Below, piece after piece: positions 45,412 through 53,632 of a stretch of DNA of 64,000 nt. Below the pieces are notes generated by a model that was not told the origin of the DNA, made no database searches, and saw only the letters and a list, made by a program, of their open reading frames with translations. Each line of letters begins with the position of its first letter. The stretch's first letter is position 1. Made by a program: the position numbers and the translations under genes. The stretch is from Candidatus Krumholzibacteriia bacterium. GTDB taxonomy: Bacteria > Krumholzibacteriota > Krumholzibacteriia > LZORAL124-64-63. Where the stretch lies: the NCBI GenBank assembly GCA_046484865.1, contig JAWOID010000061.1, forward strand, positions 33,491 to 97,490, read 5' to 3'.

Positions 45412-45471
45412 GCGCGTCTGCGAGCGTATCCCCGTCGAGTCGAGAGACGCGGAGCCGGACCTACCACAGAC

Positions 45472-45506
45472 AAGGGGGCGAGCCGGTTGCTCGCCCCCTT
45501 TCGCTT
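45472..45506. terminator. Probable bidirectional intrinsic terminator
   Basis: aagggggcgagc-cggtt-gctcgccccctt followed by T-rich bases, between convergent genes. Confidence 0.7.
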
Positions 45507-45586
45507 GATTCACGTTCGCACGATCGCTCGATCGCACGACAGGCCGCCCACCGCGACCGGGCCGCCGGAGTGGGCCGGCGCCGTGT

Positions 45587-46732
45587 CTACCGGTACAGCT
45601 CCTTGAGGCTGCTCCAGGTCGTGGCCGAGGCTCCGACCGGCTGGCAGATACCCGGACCGTCGTCCCAGCTGTGGGTCACCACCTGATCCGCCGGGCTGGA
45701 GTTGTCGATGACCAGCATGCGGTTGCCCACCGACTCCCAGGTCGTACAGTCATCCTTCTGGAACTTGTACTCGACCGTCATCGGGATCGGCGCGCCCTGC
45801 GGGAAGATCGTGCAGAACTGGTACAGCTCTCCGCCCAGGTGCGACATCGTCTCGCCGGCCGACCAGTTGCCGATCTGGGCCGCGGAACCGATCACGCAGA
45901 CGCCGCCGGTGTAGCCTACGTCGGCCATGCAGAGCTGGAAGCAGACGATCCTGTCCGCGTCGAGCACATCGCCCAGGCCGCAACCGATCGGCGCGTTGTT
46001 CCAGCTGTCCGGGGCCAGCGTCACCGACGTCGTGCCGTCGGTCGGCAGGGCCACCGTGCGATTGCCGACGCCTTCCCACGATGCGCAGCCGTCCTTGCGG
46101 TACTTGTACTCGAACGCGGGGTTGCTGCCGGCGGGGAAGGTGACCGTCCCCTCGTACAGCTGTCCGTCGGCGGTCGTCAGCGCCACGCCGGAGCCCCATT
46201 CGGTCAGCGTCGCTCCGCTGCCGGTCACGCACACGTCGCCCGCGCTCGCCTCGCCGCTGAGGCAGAGCGTGAAGGCGACCTGGATGTCGTTGGGCAGCAC
46301 GTCCACCACGCTGTAGCGCAGCGGCGGCGGGTTGCCGGCCTGGTCGCCCGTGATCTCGTACTGGCTGGCATCGGTCAGGTCGGTGAAGATGACGGTCACG
46401 TCCACCCAGGTGGCACCCACGAGCGCCGACTGCGGGACCTGGGCCGTGTACTCGTCGTTGTTGCCGACGTCGCCGAGGTAACCCATCGGCACCCCGACCG
46501 TCGTCGCGATGTCGGTGGTGAAGAACAGCTCGGCCGTGATGTCGGCGCCTTGCCCGGCGCCGTCCGTGACCCCGCCCTTGTAGATCTGCGCGTAGACGGC
46601 CACCGGATCGGTCGGGACGACGCTGGCACCGTGGTTCGGCCAGACGTTGCCCGCCCAGTCGATTGTCGCCTGCGCCGATCCGACGGAGGCCAGCAGAGCC
46701 ACGGCCACCATCAGCAGTAACAGCTTTCTCAT
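45587..46732 (-). CDS. Secreted non-catalytic protein with two CBM20-like starch-binding domains and short C-terminal tail ATTWSSLKELYR
   Basis: RBS AGGAGG; signal MRKLLLLMVAVALLASVGSAQA; N-domain YLGDVGNNDEY; two modules VCVxGS...xxW...EYK[YF]xKDxC..WExVGNR. Confidence 0.8.
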   Translation of the reverse strand: MRKLLLLMVAVALLASVGSAQATIDWAGNVWPNHGASVVPTDPVAVYAQIYKGGVTDGAGQGADITAELFFTTDIATTVGVPMGYLGDVGNNDEYTAQVPQSALVGATWVDVTVIFTDLTDASQYEITGDQAGNPPPLRYSVVDVLPNDIQVAFTLCLSGEASAGDVCVTGSGATLTEWGSGVALTTADGQLYEGTVTFPAGSNPAFEYKYRKDGCASWEGVGNRTVALPTDGTTSVTLAPDSWNNAPIGCGLGDVLDADRIVCFQLCMADVGYTGGVCVIGSAAQIGNWSAGETMSHLGGELYQFCTIFPQGAPIPMTVEYKFQKDDCTTWESVGNRMLVIDNSSPADQVVTHSWDDGPGICQPVGASATTWSSLKELYR

Positions 46733-46903
46733 GATCGCCTCCTGGAATGTCCAGATGCTCAGAACGCCGCTGCGACTCGCACCCCGGGCGTTCAGCCACT
46801 CGGCGCGGCTCGGATCAGCCACCCGGCGCTCGCCCGGTGCGGGACCCCGGCGCGATGGAGTCCGGCACGATCGGCGATGCCGCCGTGCCGGCCCGATCGC
46901 GAG

Positions 46904-46930
46904 ATTTTAGCATGATTCGCGAACTTCGCG
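46904..46930 (-). promoter_or_regulatory. Extended -10 (TGCTAAAAT) with adjacent palindrome CGCGAAnTTCGCG
   Basis: TAAAAT at 46909-46904 preceded by TGn; palindrome at 46918-46930 in the -10/-35 spacer zone. Confidence 0.45.
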
Positions 46931-47037
46931 GACGATTTTTCATGGGGTCGACGGGCGAAGCCGACCGGCCGGGGAGACCAGTCCGGCGCGAGATGCGCCT
47001 CCAACTCCCGTGACTCTGGTGCCCTCGTTTCGAAGTT

Positions 47038-50000
47038 CTAGCGGCTCAGCAGCACCGCCCCGCTCATGCCCGGCAGCGGCACCACGATGTCGCCGCCATC
47101 GATCGTCAGCTCCGTGCCCTCCCTCAGTTCCGTGTCGCCGGCCTGCGGAAACCGTTCGGGACCGACGGCACAGACCAGGCCGGACTCGCCATCCGTGCTA
47201 CCGAATAGCCGCGCCAGATCCGCTGCCGGCAGGGTCACCTCGGTCGCGGCGGGACCTGCGTTGAAGAGCGCCACCGCGACCCAACCCTCGTGCGCCCGGG
47301 CGAACGCGTAGGCGGAGCCGGCGGCGTGGAGCGTGGTGAAGTCGCCCCGGCGCAGCACGGGGGTGTCGCGTCGCAGGCGCGTGATGTGGCCGTAGTAGTC
47401 GCGCAGCGCCCGCTTGCGGGGGTCGCCGATGTAGCGCCAGTCGAAGGGGCGGCGGCAGTCCGGATCCTTGTCGCCGGTCATGCCGACCTCGTCCCCGTAC
47501 CAGATGGTGGGCATGCCCACGTAGGTCATGCTGAACAGGGCCGCGAGCATCAGCCGGCGCACGTCGCCGGTCGTGGTCAGGAACCGCACCGTGTCGTGGC
47601 TGTCGATCAGGTTCATCATCACGGCGACGGCCTGCGGCGGATACTGGAACCGGCCGGGGCCGAGCACGCGGTCGAAGCTGGCCGCATCGATGCGGCCCTG
47701 CCCGAAGAAGTCCATCACCGGATCGCGGAAGAACTTGTAGTTCATGGTGGCGTCGAAGCAGTCGGGCCCGATCCAGCGCCCCGCGTTGCCCCAGAGCTCG
47801 CCCACCAGGTAGGCATCCGGCTTGATGGCGCTGCAGCGCTCCCGGAACGCCTTCCAGAACCAGAAGGGCACTTCGTTGGGCACGTCCAGACGAAAACCGT
47901 CGATGTCCAGCTCGCCCAGCCAGTAGTCCGCCACCGACAGGACATAATCGACCACCGGTTGGTTCACGTTCGCCTGCGCGGCATCCTCGATGTGGTTCTC
48001 GTCGGCGTTCGGGCGCGCCAGATCGTAGTTCAGGTTCGGATGCAGGCCGAAGCCCCACCAGCAGTCGTAGTAGCGGCTCGCCTCGAAATCGCGCGTGGCC
48101 GGCAGCGGCCAGTCGTGGAACTCGTACCAGTTCCAGTACTCCGACTGGCGGCCCTTCTCCACCGCGTCGCGGAAGGCGAAGTGCCAGTTGCCGGTATGAT
48201 TGAACGCCATGTCGACGATGATGCGGATGCCGTGCTCGTGGCAATCGCTCACGAACCGCTTGAACTCGTCCTCGGTGGCGAAATGGGGATCGATCGTCAG
48301 GTAGTCGACCGGATCGTACTTGTGATTGGACATCCCCTGGTTCAGCGGATTGAAGTAGATGACGGTGACGCCGAGATCGGTCAGGTAGTCCAGCTTGCCG
48401 TGGATGCCCGCGATGTCGCCGCCGTAGAAGGAGTAGTAGTCGGGCCGGCCGTCGGTCCGGTAGGGGCTGCGCTGCAGGCCGGCCACGTCGTACCAGTCGT
48501 CGACGAGGTGGAAGTACTCGCCGTTGGTCTTGCCCGAGGGCGGCAACTCGGTCACGCCCTGGTACCAGGGCTCGCTGAAATCGGGATCGTTGGCGGTGTC
48601 GCCGTTGCGGAAACGCTCGGGGAAGATCTGGTAGATGACGCCGTCCTTGGCCCACTCCGGCGTCAGGAACGGCGGATGCGCGGCCGCCGTGTAGACGAAG
48701 GGCGCGGTCTCGTCTCGCGCCGCGGCCATGCCGCCGGCGCCGAGGAAGGCCCTGGCGTCGGCGTCGCTGTAGCGGACCACGTACTCGAGCGTTGCCTCGG
48801 CGTCGGGCAGCGCGAGTTCGGTGCGCCAGTACTGGTGCACGGGATCGCGCTCCACCGGGCGCATCGCGCTCTCCCGCCACGTGCCGCCGTCGACGCGGTA
48901 GACCGCCGTCACGCCCTCCACGTCGTCGATGTGCGCGCGTGCCGTCAAGACGATGTCGGTGGGCGAGATGGGATTGCAGGTGGAGTAGTCGAAGATCGGT
49001 TCGAGATCGTCGCCGTAGATCCTGCCGTCTCCTGTCTCGATCTCGACCGCGTCGTACGATGCATCGACCGTCAGGACCGAGTTCTGCCCGCCGAAGCCGT
49101 CATCGGCGCCGGCCGGGTTGTTCGGATCGGGGTGCCACTGGCCGTCGACCACGAACTTGTACTGGTAGGTTCCCGGCGAGAGCAGCAGGGTCGCCGTGTA
49201 GGTGCCGTCGCGGTCGGGGTCGGACATGCGCGTATGCCCGGGATTCCAGTCGTTGAAGGTGCCCGCGAGGAAGACGTCCGTCACGCCCGAGATCACCGGC
49301 GTGTAACGGATCTCCACCGAGCGCAGCCCCTGGCCGATGTCGGCGGCCGCTCCCGGGCCGGGTGGGCCGGGGTCGGGGTCGGCCGTGCCCTGACCGCCGC
49401 CCCCGTCCTGCGCGGCGGCGCCCACGGTCATCGATGCGCGCCCCGCCTCCACCTCCACCACCGAGTTCTGACCGCCGAAGCCGTCGGGCTGGCTGGCGGG
49501 GTTGGCCGGGTCCTGATGCCACTGGCCATCGACCACGTACTTGTACTGGTAGGAGCCCGGCGCGAGGGCGAGGGTCGCGGTGTAGACGCCGTCGCCGTCC
49601 GGATCACTCATCGTGTCGCGCTCGGCGTTCCAGTCGTTGAACTCGCCCGCCAGATGGACGGAACCGGGCTTGCCGCCCGGTGCATGGGAGAAGGTGACGT
49701 CCACCTTCCCATCCGCGCCGCCGCCCGGACGAACAGCCTGCGCGGCCGGTCCGGCCGTCGCCGCGGTCTCGCCTCCGGCGACGATCCTGTCCGCCCCGGC
49801 GGCGACCTCGACCACCGAGTTGCGGCCGCCGAAGCCGTCGTCCACCCCGGTGGGATTGCCGGGGTCGGCATGCCAGTCGCCGTCCACCACGAACTTGTAC
49901 TGGTGCGTGCCGGGCGCCAGTTCGACGACGGCCGTCCAGGTGCCGTCGCCGTCCTCGTCGCTCATGGGCCGCGCCGCGGGATCCCAGTCGTTGAAGCTGC

Positions 50001-50139
50001 CGGCCAGGTAGACGGCCTTCGCTCCGGGAGCGCGGTGGGCGAACTCGACCTCGGCCGCGTCCGCCGGCGCGGCGAGCGCCGCCGCCATCACGGTCCACGT
50101 CAGTGCCGCGAAGACGAGCGACATCCTGGTTGCTGTCAT
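47038..50139 (-). CDS. Secreted GH13 alpha-amylase family enzyme (neopullulanase/cyclomaltodextrinase-like) with three N-terminal CBM48 domains
   Basis: RBS AGGAG; signal peptide; three CBM48 modules; YQIFPERF, GGDIAG, SNHKYD, DMAFNH, GFRLDVPNE, LVGELW, NLIDSHD, YGDEVG and DPDCRR. Confidence 0.93.
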   Translation of the reverse strand: MTATRMSLVFAALTWTVMAAALAAPADAAEVEFAHRAPGAKAVYLAGSFNDWDPAARPMSDEDGDGTWTAVVELAPGTHQYKFVVDGDWHADPGNPTGVDDGFGGRNSVVEVAAGADRIVAGGETAATAGPAAQAVRPGGGADGKVDVTFSHAPGGKPGSVHLAGEFNDWNAERDTMSDPDGDGVYTATLALAPGSYQYKYVVDGQWHQDPANPASQPDGFGGQNSVVEVEAGRASMTVGAAAQDGGGGQGTADPDPGPPGPGAAADIGQGLRSVEIRYTPVISGVTDVFLAGTFNDWNPGHTRMSDPDRDGTYTATLLLSPGTYQYKFVVDGQWHPDPNNPAGADDGFGGQNSVLTVDASYDAVEIETGDGRIYGDDLEPIFDYSTCNPISPTDIVLTARAHIDDVEGVTAVYRVDGGTWRESAMRPVERDPVHQYWRTELALPDAEATLEYVVRYSDADARAFLGAGGMAAARDETAPFVYTAAAHPPFLTPEWAKDGVIYQIFPERFRNGDTANDPDFSEPWYQGVTELPPSGKTNGEYFHLVDDWYDVAGLQRSPYRTDGRPDYYSFYGGDIAGIHGKLDYLTDLGVTVIYFNPLNQGMSNHKYDPVDYLTIDPHFATEDEFKRFVSDCHEHGIRIIVDMAFNHTGNWHFAFRDAVEKGRQSEYWNWYEFHDWPLPATRDFEASRYYDCWWGFGLHPNLNYDLARPNADENHIEDAAQANVNQPVVDYVLSVADYWLGELDIDGFRLDVPNEVPFWFWKAFRERCSAIKPDAYLVGELWGNAGRWIGPDCFDATMNYKFFRDPVMDFFGQGRIDAASFDRVLGPGRFQYPPQAVAVMMNLIDSHDTVRFLTTTGDVRRLMLAALFSMTYVGMPTIWYGDEVGMTGDKDPDCRRPFDWRYIGDPRKRALRDYYGHITRLRRDTPVLRRGDFTTLHAAGSAYAFARAHEGWVAVALFNAGPAATEVTLPAADLARLFGSTDGESGLVCAVGPERFPQAGDTELREGTELTIDGGDIVVPLPGMSGAVLLSR

Positions 50140-50207
50140 GGCGTCGACTCCTGCTGGGCGTGAGCGCCGCGGCGCGTGGCCGCGGCCGGTCGTCAGGGTG
50201 GATGCGT

Positions 50208-50257
50208 AGCTTAGCAGCCCGCCCGGCTTCGTCAAGATCCGCCCGATGTGGTACGCT
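50208..50257. promoter_or_regulatory. Overlapping divergent promoters for the two GH13 genes
   Basis: Minus strand: TTGACG (50235-50230), 16-nt spacer, TAAGCT (50213-50208) preceded by TGn. Plus strand: TG-G-TACGCT (50249-50257). Confidence 0.5.
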
Positions 50258-50341
50258 TGTCGGTGGTGCGCTCGAAAGGCGCATCCGTTTCCCCGCGCGC
50301 CTGCCCCGCCGGCGCTCAGCCTCGCGACCGACGGAGGAGCC

Positions 50342-52246
50342 ATGCGCCGCCCCGCACCGCAGCACGACCGTTTCGCCCCGGGTCTGTTCCCGGCCCTGCT
50401 TCTCTTTTTGGCCCTGGCGGCCGCCGGCTGCGGGCACGAGCAGACCGCCGCCCCGCCGGCGCCGGGGTCCAGTCCGGCCCGCGAGAGCGGCGGCACTGCG
50501 CTCGACACCCTGCTGCTGCGGGCCTACGACGTGGACTCGGTCCACCTCGCCGGCTCGTTCAACGCCTGGAACAGCCAGGATCCGAGCTACGCGCTGACCG
50601 CCGATCCGGACGGCTACACCTGGCGCCTTGCCGTCTCGCTGCCGGCGGGGCCGTCGTACTACAAGTACGTCCTGCGGCGCGGCAGCAGCGTGCTGTGGCT
50701 CACCGACCCGGCGGCCCCCGAGGTGTCGCCCGACGGCTACCATGCGAGCCCGGCCTACTGGAACGGCGTGCTCGGACGAACCTTCACCACACCCCGACCG
50801 CTGCCCGCGCCCGTCGACCGCACGCGGCTCGTGATCTACGAGATCGCGCCCAACGATTTCTCGCAGCTGGGCACCTTCACCGGGATCGAGGCGGGGCTCA
50901 CGGCGGGGCCGGACCTCGCGGACCTGGCCGTGAACGCCGTCGAGCTGATGCCGGTCACCGTGCCGAGCTACAACGGCTGGGGTTACGACCCGGTGCTCTT
51001 CTTCGCACCCAACCCCAGCTACGGCTCGCCCGGTACCTTCGCCGGCCTCGTCGACGCGGCTCACGAGCGCGGCATCGCCGTCATCCTGGACATGGTCCTC
51101 AACCATGCGGGCGGCGCCACGCCCTTCCGCCAGCTCGACCAGTTCACCGGCACCTACCGGTTCACCACGCAGGAGTCGAATCCCTGGGGGCTGGTGGAGC
51201 TGAACTGGAGCGATCCGGCGATGCGCGCCTACCTGCTGGAGGCGTGCTGCCACTGGGTGGACGCCTACCGGGTGGACGGATTCCGCTTCGACTACATCGG
51301 CGGCGAGCCGTACAGCAACTGGGTCTGGTTGAAGGACGAGTTGCGGGCGCGCTACCCCGACCTGCTGCTGATCGCCGAGGACTTCACCTACCCCGCCTAC
51401 GGCAACGCCGTCACTCACGGTTACGACGCCCAGTGGGGCGGCAACCATACCGACAGCTGGGGCGGCGGCGGCAACAACTTCCTGCAGGTGCTCACCACGG
51501 TGCTGACCGAGCAGGGTTTCGCCTGGCGTGGTTCGTCCACGCCGACCGTGGGCGCCTTCGGCACCACCTACCGCAACATGTGGGCGGTGGCCAACGTGGT
51601 GGCGGGCAATCCCGGCTACGGCGGTCCGGTGCCCGGGGACGGCTTCAGCGACGTGAAGTTCCTCGAATCCCACGACGAGAACCGTCTGGTCTGGTCGGTG
51701 GACACCTACGGCGCTGCCGGCGCCCAGCTGGTCGGCGGCCTGCAGAAGGCGCAGCTGGGCGCGCTGATCAACCTGACCACCGTCGGCATCCCGATGCTCT
51801 ACAACGGACAGGAGATCGGCTCGGGAGAGTACCGCCCGGCCGATCCGGTGACGTACAAGATCGACTGGACCGCCGGGGACCCGCAGCTGCGCGCCGCCTA
51901 CCGCCATCTGATCGCGCTGCGCCTGCAGGAGCCGGCGCTCGCGTCCGAGCACGTCTTCTTCCACTGGCGGGCCGATCTGGCCGACCACACGGACATGACC
52001 CTGACCTACTGGCGGGGCGCCACCGACGTCGCCGACGACGCCACCGTCGTGGTGGCCGCGAACTTCGATCACCAGACACACACCTGGACAGTGCCGTTCC
52101 CGGGCGGCGACGGCTTCTGGTACCGCCACGAGCCGGCGACGGGCGACCTGGAGCCGGTGGGAGTCGCCGAGGGCGGACTCCAGGTTTCCGTCCCCGCGTC
52201 GACGGCCCTGCTCTGGACCCGCGGCGGCACGACGAGCGTCCCGTGA
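50342..52246 (+). CDS. GH13 lipoprotein with one CBM48 domain (branching-enzyme/maltooligosyltrehalose hydrolase-like catalytic domain)
   Basis: RBS GGAGGAG; lipobox LAAAGC; VHLAGSFNAW; IYEI, VELMPV, WGYDP, LDMVLNH, DGFRFD, IAED, FLESHDE and GIPMLYNGQEIG. Confidence 0.9.
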   Translation: MRRPAPQHDRFAPGLFPALLLFLALAAAGCGHEQTAAPPAPGSSPARESGGTALDTLLLRAYDVDSVHLAGSFNAWNSQDPSYALTADPDGYTWRLAVSLPAGPSYYKYVLRRGSSVLWLTDPAAPEVSPDGYHASPAYWNGVLGRTFTTPRPLPAPVDRTRLVIYEIAPNDFSQLGTFTGIEAGLTAGPDLADLAVNAVELMPVTVPSYNGWGYDPVLFFAPNPSYGSPGTFAGLVDAAHERGIAVILDMVLNHAGGATPFRQLDQFTGTYRFTTQESNPWGLVELNWSDPAMRAYLLEACCHWVDAYRVDGFRFDYIGGEPYSNWVWLKDELRARYPDLLLIAEDFTYPAYGNAVTHGYDAQWGGNHTDSWGGGGNNFLQVLTTVLTEQGFAWRGSSTPTVGAFGTTYRNMWAVANVVAGNPGYGGPVPGDGFSDVKFLESHDENRLVWSVDTYGAAGAQLVGGLQKAQLGALINLTTVGIPMLYNGQEIGSGEYRPADPVTYKIDWTAGDPQLRAAYRHLIALRLQEPALASEHVFFHWRADLADHTDMTLTYWRGATDVADDATVVVAANFDHQTHTWTVPFPGGDGFWYRHEPATGDLEPVGVAEGGLQVSVPASTALLWTRGGTTSVP

Positions 52247-52450
52247 CCTGCTGCGGCCGGTCAACCACGGTAGAATCCGGACTAGGCGGCGCCCGCGCGC
52301 GCGTGCTAGCCTCCCGCGAGGCTTGAGCGGCCGGGTTCAGTGTTCCCGGAATCGGCGTCCCCAGGATTCGGTGTCCCCGGAGTCGCCGCCGGAACTCGAC
52401 TCGGCCGGCGTCCAGTCCGAGGAACCTACCCAACCCAGGCGAGCGTACCC

Positions 52451-53632
52451 GTGGCCCGCGTCCTGCTCGAGAGCGTCAGCAAGACCTACCCCGGCGGCGT
52501 CACCGCCGTGGCCCCCATGTCGCTGGAAATCGCCGACGGCGAGTTCATCGTCCTGGTGGGACCGTCCGGCTGCGGCAAGTCGACCACGCTGCGCATGATC
52601 GCCGGACTCGAGGACGCCACGGCGGGGACCATCTCCATCGGCGACCGCGTGGTGAACGACGTGGAGCCGAAGGACCGCCAGATCGCCATGGTGTTCCAGA
52701 GCTACGCTCTCTATCCGCACATGACCGTGCGCCAGAACCTGGCCTTCGGCCTGCGCATGCGGAAGTCTCCCCGCGCCGAGATCGTCCGGCGGGTCGAGGA
52801 GGTGGCCCGCACGCTCGGGATCGCCGAACTGCTCGACCGCAAGCCGCGCGAACTGTCGGGCGGTCAACGCCAGCGGGTGGCCCTCGGGCGGGCGATCGTG
52901 CGCGACCCCGACGTGTTCCTGTTCGACGAGCCCTTGTCGAACCTCGACGCCAAGATGCGCGTGCAGATGCGGACCGAGATCAGCCGACTCCACCACCGGC
53001 TGGGCGCGACCATGGTCTACGTGACGCACGACCAGGTGGAGGCGATGACCCTGGGCCAGCGGATCGTCGTCATGGATGCCGGGCTCGTGCAGCAGGTCGC
53101 GCCGCCGCTCGAGCTGTACGAACGGCCGGCCAACCGCTTCGTGGCCGGTTTCATCGGCTCGCCGGCCATGAACTTCCTGCGGGGGCGGATCGTGCGGAAC
53201 GACGGGCCGCGATTCGCGGTCGAGGACGACGCCGGCCGCGCCGCCGCCGTGCTACCCCTGCCTGCCGACTTCTCGCCGCCGCCGGAGGCGGTCGAGCGGC
53301 CGGTCGTGCTGGGCATACGGCCCGAGCACGTGAGGGTGACCGGCGATGACGACCCGCACGCAGGCGCCGCCTCCGCGCTGCGCCTGCCGCTGCTGGTGGG
53401 CGAGCAGCTCGGCAACGAGACGTTGCTGTACTTCGAGCTGGCCGGCCAGCCGTTCGTCGTGCGCACCGCCGGCAGCGTGACCGCCGAGGTCGACGAGGAG
53501 GTGCCGCTGTCCCTGGACGGCGAGCGCCTGCAGCTCTTCGCCGCCGACGGCGACGGCCGCAATCTCGTGCATCCCTCGGGCCCCGCCGACGGGCAGCGCC
53601 GGGAGCTACCGTCCGCCGCCGATCGCGGCTGA
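52451..53632 (+). CDS. malK: Sugar ABC transporter ATP-binding subunit (MalK/UgpC/MsmX family)
   Basis: GPSGCGKSTT, VFQSYALYPH, LSGGQRQRVALGRA, FDEPLSNLDAK, YVTHDQ, FIGSPAMN and TOBE domain GIRPEH. GTG start at 52451. Confidence 0.95.
   Translation: MARVLLESVSKTYPGGVTAVAPMSLEIADGEFIVLVGPSGCGKSTTLRMIAGLEDATAGTISIGDRVVNDVEPKDRQIAMVFQSYALYPHMTVRQNLAFGLRMRKSPRAEIVRRVEEVARTLGIAELLDRKPRELSGGQRQRVALGRAIVRDPDVFLFDEPLSNLDAKMRVQMRTEISRLHHRLGATMVYVTHDQVEAMTLGQRIVVMDAGLVQQVAPPLELYERPANRFVAGFIGSPAMNFLRGRIVRNDGPRFAVEDDAGRAAAVLPLPADFSPPPEAVERPVVLGIRPEHVRVTGDDDPHAGAASALRLPLLVGEQLGNETLLYFELAGQPFVVRTAGSVTAEVDEEVPLSLDGERLQLFAADGDGRNLVHPSGPADGQRRELPSAADRG

Noticed and set aside
53606..53632. 27-bp 3' overlap of convergent malK and GH133 genes
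   Set aside because: Short tail-to-tail overlaps are common in GC-rich genomes where stop codons are scarce.
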